Assembly (NCBI GenBank): GCA_965203805.1
Contig: OZ241917.1
Coordinates: forward strand, 4,000,001-4,064,000
DNA: 64,000 bases
Direction: 5' to 3'
Source of the DNA: Candidatus Latescibacterota bacterium
Lineage (GTDB): Bacteria; Latescibacterota; UBA2968; GCA-2709665
In this document: positions 59,701 to 64,000 of the stretch, in pieces
How the letters are laid out: every line of letters starts with the position of its first letter
Numbering within the stretch: position 1 is the stretch's first letter
Position numbers and translations under genes: made by a program
Notes under the pieces: generated by a model
Seen by the model: only the letters and a program-made list of their open reading frames with translations
What the model was told of the DNA's origin: nothing
Database searches by the model: none

Positions 59701-59834
59701 CTTTCGATTATAAATCGCTCGATAACGTCCCGCTTGTGATTCATTATGCGATAGATTCCGAAGTCCAGGTCCGCGCAGTCGAACTGGAACAACTCGCGAA
59801 GGAGGTCCTGAAATTTGGCGAGTGGCGTACTCAT
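56733..59834 (-). CDS. mod: Type III R-M Mod subunit (amino-methyltransferase, probably N6-adenine)
   Basis: IDPPYNT and DYFAGSGTTGHA (beta-class order); long N-terminal FELFQF/DLDFGIYRI-type region. Confidence 0.93.
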   Translation of the reverse strand: MSTPLAKFQDLLRELFQFDCADLDFGIYRIMNHKRDVIERFIIESLPNTVYEELKKGAAAEEAQTEKKLQENRKQILASFGHAAIDADGNLAEMFHNTPLGKCYLELKAKSAGGLGQKGLEAAIFNHLYAFFSRYYQDGDFISKRRYSKRHRYAIPYNGEEVHLHWANSDQYYVKTGEHFQDYAFASRGISVHFKLKAADVERDNTKGDRRFFVPSLEAPAWDENAKRLEIPFEFRPLTEREEISYRGKNQQDAIINEAVSQIPVLLKHVPDAVAALLAERRQKNDGESISSFEHHLLQYTRRNTSDFFIHKNLNAFLIRELDFYLKNEVLNLDQMEVAGARRAESWFQMMQVIRSVGSQVINFLDQIENFQKILWEKRKFVIETNYCISLRHIADHFVADIAKCDAQWTEWKDSYIIDEDQPDLFTPGMEKTDNRIQYLTEHPTLVLDSKHFDLEFVDRLLGTFDDLDSITDGVLIHSDNWQALNLLSRKYNGRIKCAHIDPPYNTQTSGFLYKNNYQHSSWLTMMSNRIGTALELLSEEGLFLCHIDENEYERLHMLMDSLDIGNAGTLIWDKRNPMTAGGGVAIQHEYVIWRAKTDKPINLRNNSIQMMLNEAEDIIKASGGVTETARKAYANWVNRNPQLTGGEKAYRYLDQDGRIYQSVSLRAPEPRSDPKFHEPLVHPVTHKPCPVPPNGFSRTPETLKSMNARGEIIFGPDHSTQPRQKRYLTTESTRQISSVMQDAKRGKTDLDAMGLTNFPYCHSVNFYEELIGAASDTLFDVVIDYFAGSGTTGHAVINLNREDGGQRKFILVEMGEYFDTVLLPRIKKVTFAPEWKGGKPKLRITPQDVEPGPRIVKYSRLESYEDALNNIDFDEVSQQQALQFDDYLLKYMLRWETRHSDTLLNVEKLARPFSYRLNIRSDGQTGQMLADIPETFNYLIGLHVQTRHVHYDNDRRYLVYSGQTHEGRTVVVVWRETDGWEKSDFERDKDFVADQKLAEGADTVYANGDSFIQNAKALDPLFKRRMFAGVEA

Positions 59835-59847
59835 GGCTTAATTTTCC

Positions 59848-59949
59848 TCACGAACCATACAGCCTATCAATGCGGGCGAGTTTCAGGTCGCTTCTGGCGT
59901 AGCGTAGCCAGTCTTCAGCATTCCCCGGAACCAGAGATTCAGAGCCCAT
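59848..59949 (-). pseudogene. Truncated HEPN-domain gene (33 aa)
   Basis: MGSESLVPGNAEDWLRYARSDLKLA matches the HEPN first helix, overlaps the MNT stop, then terminates. Confidence 0.65.
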
Positions 59950-60250
59950 AGACTTCAATGCCTTCTTTGAGGGCGTTCTTGTAGATCAGGCCGTCATTGT
60001 CCTTGTGCTCTGCCCGGTCCCGTTCGGTTGCGACGACAATATCGAATGGTACCGCCAGTCCCTTTATTTCGCGGTAAAGTTTCTGCGCGGTTTGCCGCCG
60101 ATGAGTGCCGTCGGGCATGACGACCAGAAGATCGATGTCGCTCTGCAGCCCTGACTCTTTTCTGGCTGCAGAGCCGAAGAGCACGATTCGCAAAGGATTT
60201 ACACGCTTTACGACCTCGCCAACGAGCCTGTCTGCCTTCGAATCAGCCAT
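59939..60250 (-). CDS. MNT nucleotidyltransferase domain protein
   Basis: IVLFGSAAR...SDIDLLVV, FDIVV. Confidence 0.9.
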   Translation of the reverse strand: MADSKADRLVGEVVKRVNPLRIVLFGSAARKESGLQSDIDLLVVMPDGTHRRQTAQKLYREIKGLAVPFDIVVATERDRAEHKDNDGLIYKNALKEGIEVYGL

Positions 60251-60338
60251 TGTCCTTTACTTTCGCTGAGGTACAGGTTTCTCAATGTATACACAATGAT
60301 ATGCAAATCGTCAAGGGCAAGACCGGTCAAACGGGGGT

Positions 60339-61091
60339 TCAGCGACGCACCCGGAACCCCTGGGCCGTCAGGAATTCGTCCAGTTCGGCGCGGGCGTGGA
60401 ATTGCCCGGTGCGGTCCGCCATAACCGTGGTCCATCGCTGGTCGCCTTCGTGCATCCCCTGCGAGGTATAGAAGTCGACCATGGTCCTGTCGTATTCCTC
60501 CATGGCCAATTGATGCGTCTCGTCGCAGAGATACCGCTCGCGGTGCAGAACCGCGTCCAGAGGCAACCGCGGTTTGACTTCCGGATCCTGCGCCGGATAC
60601 CCGATGCAGAAGCCGGCCACGGCGACGACGTACGGAGGTAGATCCAGCAATTTGCCCACCGACTTCGGATTGTTCCGCATCGCACCGATCATGCAGATGC
60701 CCAGTCCCAGCGATTCCGCGGCAATTGCCACGTTCTGCATCATCAGCGCCGCGTCCACCGTCGCGATCATCAGGGCCTCCGCATAGTCCCCGTCAAACCG
60801 TTCCGCCCCATGCATCCGGTTGGCCATCCTGTCCCGGTGCAGGTCCGCGCAGAAGGCCAGAAACGCCGCGCTCTGGTGGATCTGCGCCTGATCGGCGCAC
60901 AGTTCGGCCAGTCTCTTCTTCCGCTTCGGGTCCGCCACGTGGATGACCGTGTAAGCCTGCAGGTTGCTTGACGTGCTCGCCTGCTGCCCGCACCGGATCA
61001 AGGTCTCGAGGACGCCGTCGGGCAGCGGCCGGTTCCGGAACCGGCGGACACTACGGTGCGAGAGCAGTAGGTCGATCGTTGGATTGGACAT
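60339..61091 (-). CDS. NfsA/FRP-family NADPH-dependent nitroreductase
   Basis: HRSVRRF, ASTSSNLQ, VDAAL..QN..IAAESLGLG, KPRLP. Confidence 0.9.
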   Translation of the reverse strand: MSNPTIDLLLSHRSVRRFRNRPLPDGVLETLIRCGQQASTSSNLQAYTVIHVADPKRKKRLAELCADQAQIHQSAAFLAFCADLHRDRMANRMHGAERFDGDYAEALMIATVDAALMMQNVAIAAESLGLGICMIGAMRNNPKSVGKLLDLPPYVVAVAGFCIGYPAQDPEVKPRLPLDAVLHRERYLCDETHQLAMEEYDRTMVDFYTSQGMHEGDQRWTTVMADRTGQFHARAELDEFLTAQGFRVRR

Positions 61092-61541
61092 GTAGAACCT
61101 CGTTAGAGCGGTGAGACGGAAGAGGACAAGCAGCTTTCAGCGGTCAGCTCTCAGCATTCAGCTTGAATCAAAATCGAAAATCGACTCACACGAAGACACA
61201 AAGGGAAAGGCAGAGCACAGCTTGAATCAAACGACAAAAATCAACTTCCACATCTCCCCAAATTCCCTGCCATTGAAAGACAGCTATCAGCGGTCAGCTC
61301 TCAGCATTCACCTTGAATCAAGACCAACCCATTGACGTCAACGCCGTGAAGAGACAGGACCGCGAGGGGCGTTGCGAGGGCAGGATGCCCTCGCTCCCGG
61401 GGGGATCTATCCCGCCTGCCTGACGGCAGGCACCCTTTCCTGAAGGAAAGGGAAAAGCGGTTGCCTTGATAGGATCCCGCTTTCCCCCTTCCTTTATGAA
61501 GGGGGTCAGGGAGTAGGTCTTCCTGAAGTCTGAAGGCCAAT

Positions 61542-61570
61542 AAAAACGGGCGGGTTTCGAAACCCACCCA
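61542..61570 (-). terminator. Intrinsic terminator of the atp operon
   Basis: Minus strand GGGTGGGTTT-CG-AAACCCGCCC followed by GTTTTT, about 30 bp after atpC. Confidence 0.7.
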
Positions 61571-61602
61571 TTCTATGGAAACGCCTTGTCTTGTACGACG
61601 GC

Positions 61603-62007
61603 CTAATGTCCCCCGATCCGGAGGCGGTTGATCGCCCGCGCCAGGGACAAACTCGCCCGCGCCTCGTCGATCTGCTGACCGCGCCTTTTCTCCAGCCTTT
61701 CGCGCGCGCGGTCCCTGGCGGCTTCCGCACGGGTCACGTCGATTTCCTGCGAGAATTCCGCCGTCTCCGCCAGAACGGTAACGCGGTCGCGCTGGACTTC
61801 CGCGAATCCGCCGCTGATCGCAACCGACGTTGACCTCCGCTCCCGATCGGAAAAGGTCATCCGGCCGATGTCCAGAGAGGCCAGCATCGGATGGTGTCCG
61901 GCAAGCACACCGAATCCGCCCTCGGTTCCCGGCGCCCGCAGGCTCTCCACTTCGCCCGAATAAACCGTCTTTTCCGGTGTGACAATCTCGAGTTGAAACC
62001 CGGACAT
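61603..62007 (-). CDS. atpC: F1 ATP synthase epsilon subunit
   Basis: LEIVTPE, G.FGVLAGH.P, SGGFAEV, VTVLAE. Confidence 0.96.
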   Translation of the reverse strand: MSGFQLEIVTPEKTVYSGEVESLRAPGTEGGFGVLAGHHPMLASLDIGRMTFSDRERRSTSVAISGGFAEVQRDRVTVLAETAEFSQEIDVTRAEAARDRARERLEKRRGQQIDEARASLSLARAINRLRIGGH

Positions 62008-62032
62008 CGAATTCCCGTATGTAATTCAGACT

Positions 62033-63780
<1,748 letters not shown>

Positions 63781-63825
63781 AAGCCAAAGCTAAAGCCGGT
63801 AGCCGCGACATGCGCGAAAGCCGTC

Positions 63826-64000
63826 CTACGCGACTGCTTCGGCGCCGCCGATGATGTCCATCAACTCCAGGGTAATCGAAGACTGGCGCACCTTGTTCAT
63901 TTCCCGCGTCAATTCTTCAATCAGGTCTCCCGCATTCTTCGTCGCGTTATCCATCGCCGCCATTCGGGCCGCCTGCTCTCCCGCATTGGACTCCAGCAGG
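63826..64000 (-). CDS. atpG: F1 ATP synthase gamma subunit (C-terminal part)
   Basis: Manual translation [16 protein letters not shown]...[23 protein letters not shown]. Confidence 0.95.
   Translation of the reverse strand, partial: LLESNAGEQAARMAAMDNATKNAGDLIEELTREMNKVRQSSITLELMDIIGGAEAVA

Overview
GC-rich bacterial chromosome window. The gene mix (heparinase-like lyases, Gfo/Idh/MocA oxidoreductases, repeat-filled intergenic spaces) loosely suggests a Latescibacterota-like organism, but this is inference only. From left to right it contains: four tandem kelch-type beta-propeller lipoprotein paralogues; metabolic genes and recJ; a PspA/YbjN/DUF4178/DUF350/aminopropyltransferase envelope-stress gene set split into two convergent halves; a heparinase II/III-like lyase, cutC and folE2; a DUF433/DUF5615 toxin-antitoxin (TA) pair; an IS1380 with a CTAT target duplication that disrupts a small antitoxin-like gene; an amidohydrolase-rich cluster; and a second lyase. 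An AT-richer defence island follows at about 43.8-60.3 kb. In it, a Type III restriction-modification system has mod and res separated by cargo: a Panacea/YwgA-like gene coupled to a stand-alone proteasome-beta-type Thr protease, two Fic genes and an MNT. The island also holds a three-gene module whose ComEC-type metallo-beta-lactamase (MBL) gene is hit by two different IS630 elements, and three MNT genes each followed by a collapsed HEPN toxin remnant. The window ends with a nitroreductase and atpG-atpD-atpC. The best novelty candidates are the Panacea-like/proteasome-beta pair, the MBL triad, and a tiny CCTGYCTG..CAGGCAGG palindrome that appears to insert at GG^C sites, once in frame in a transposase. 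All family assignments come from motif recognition by eye; no database searches were run.
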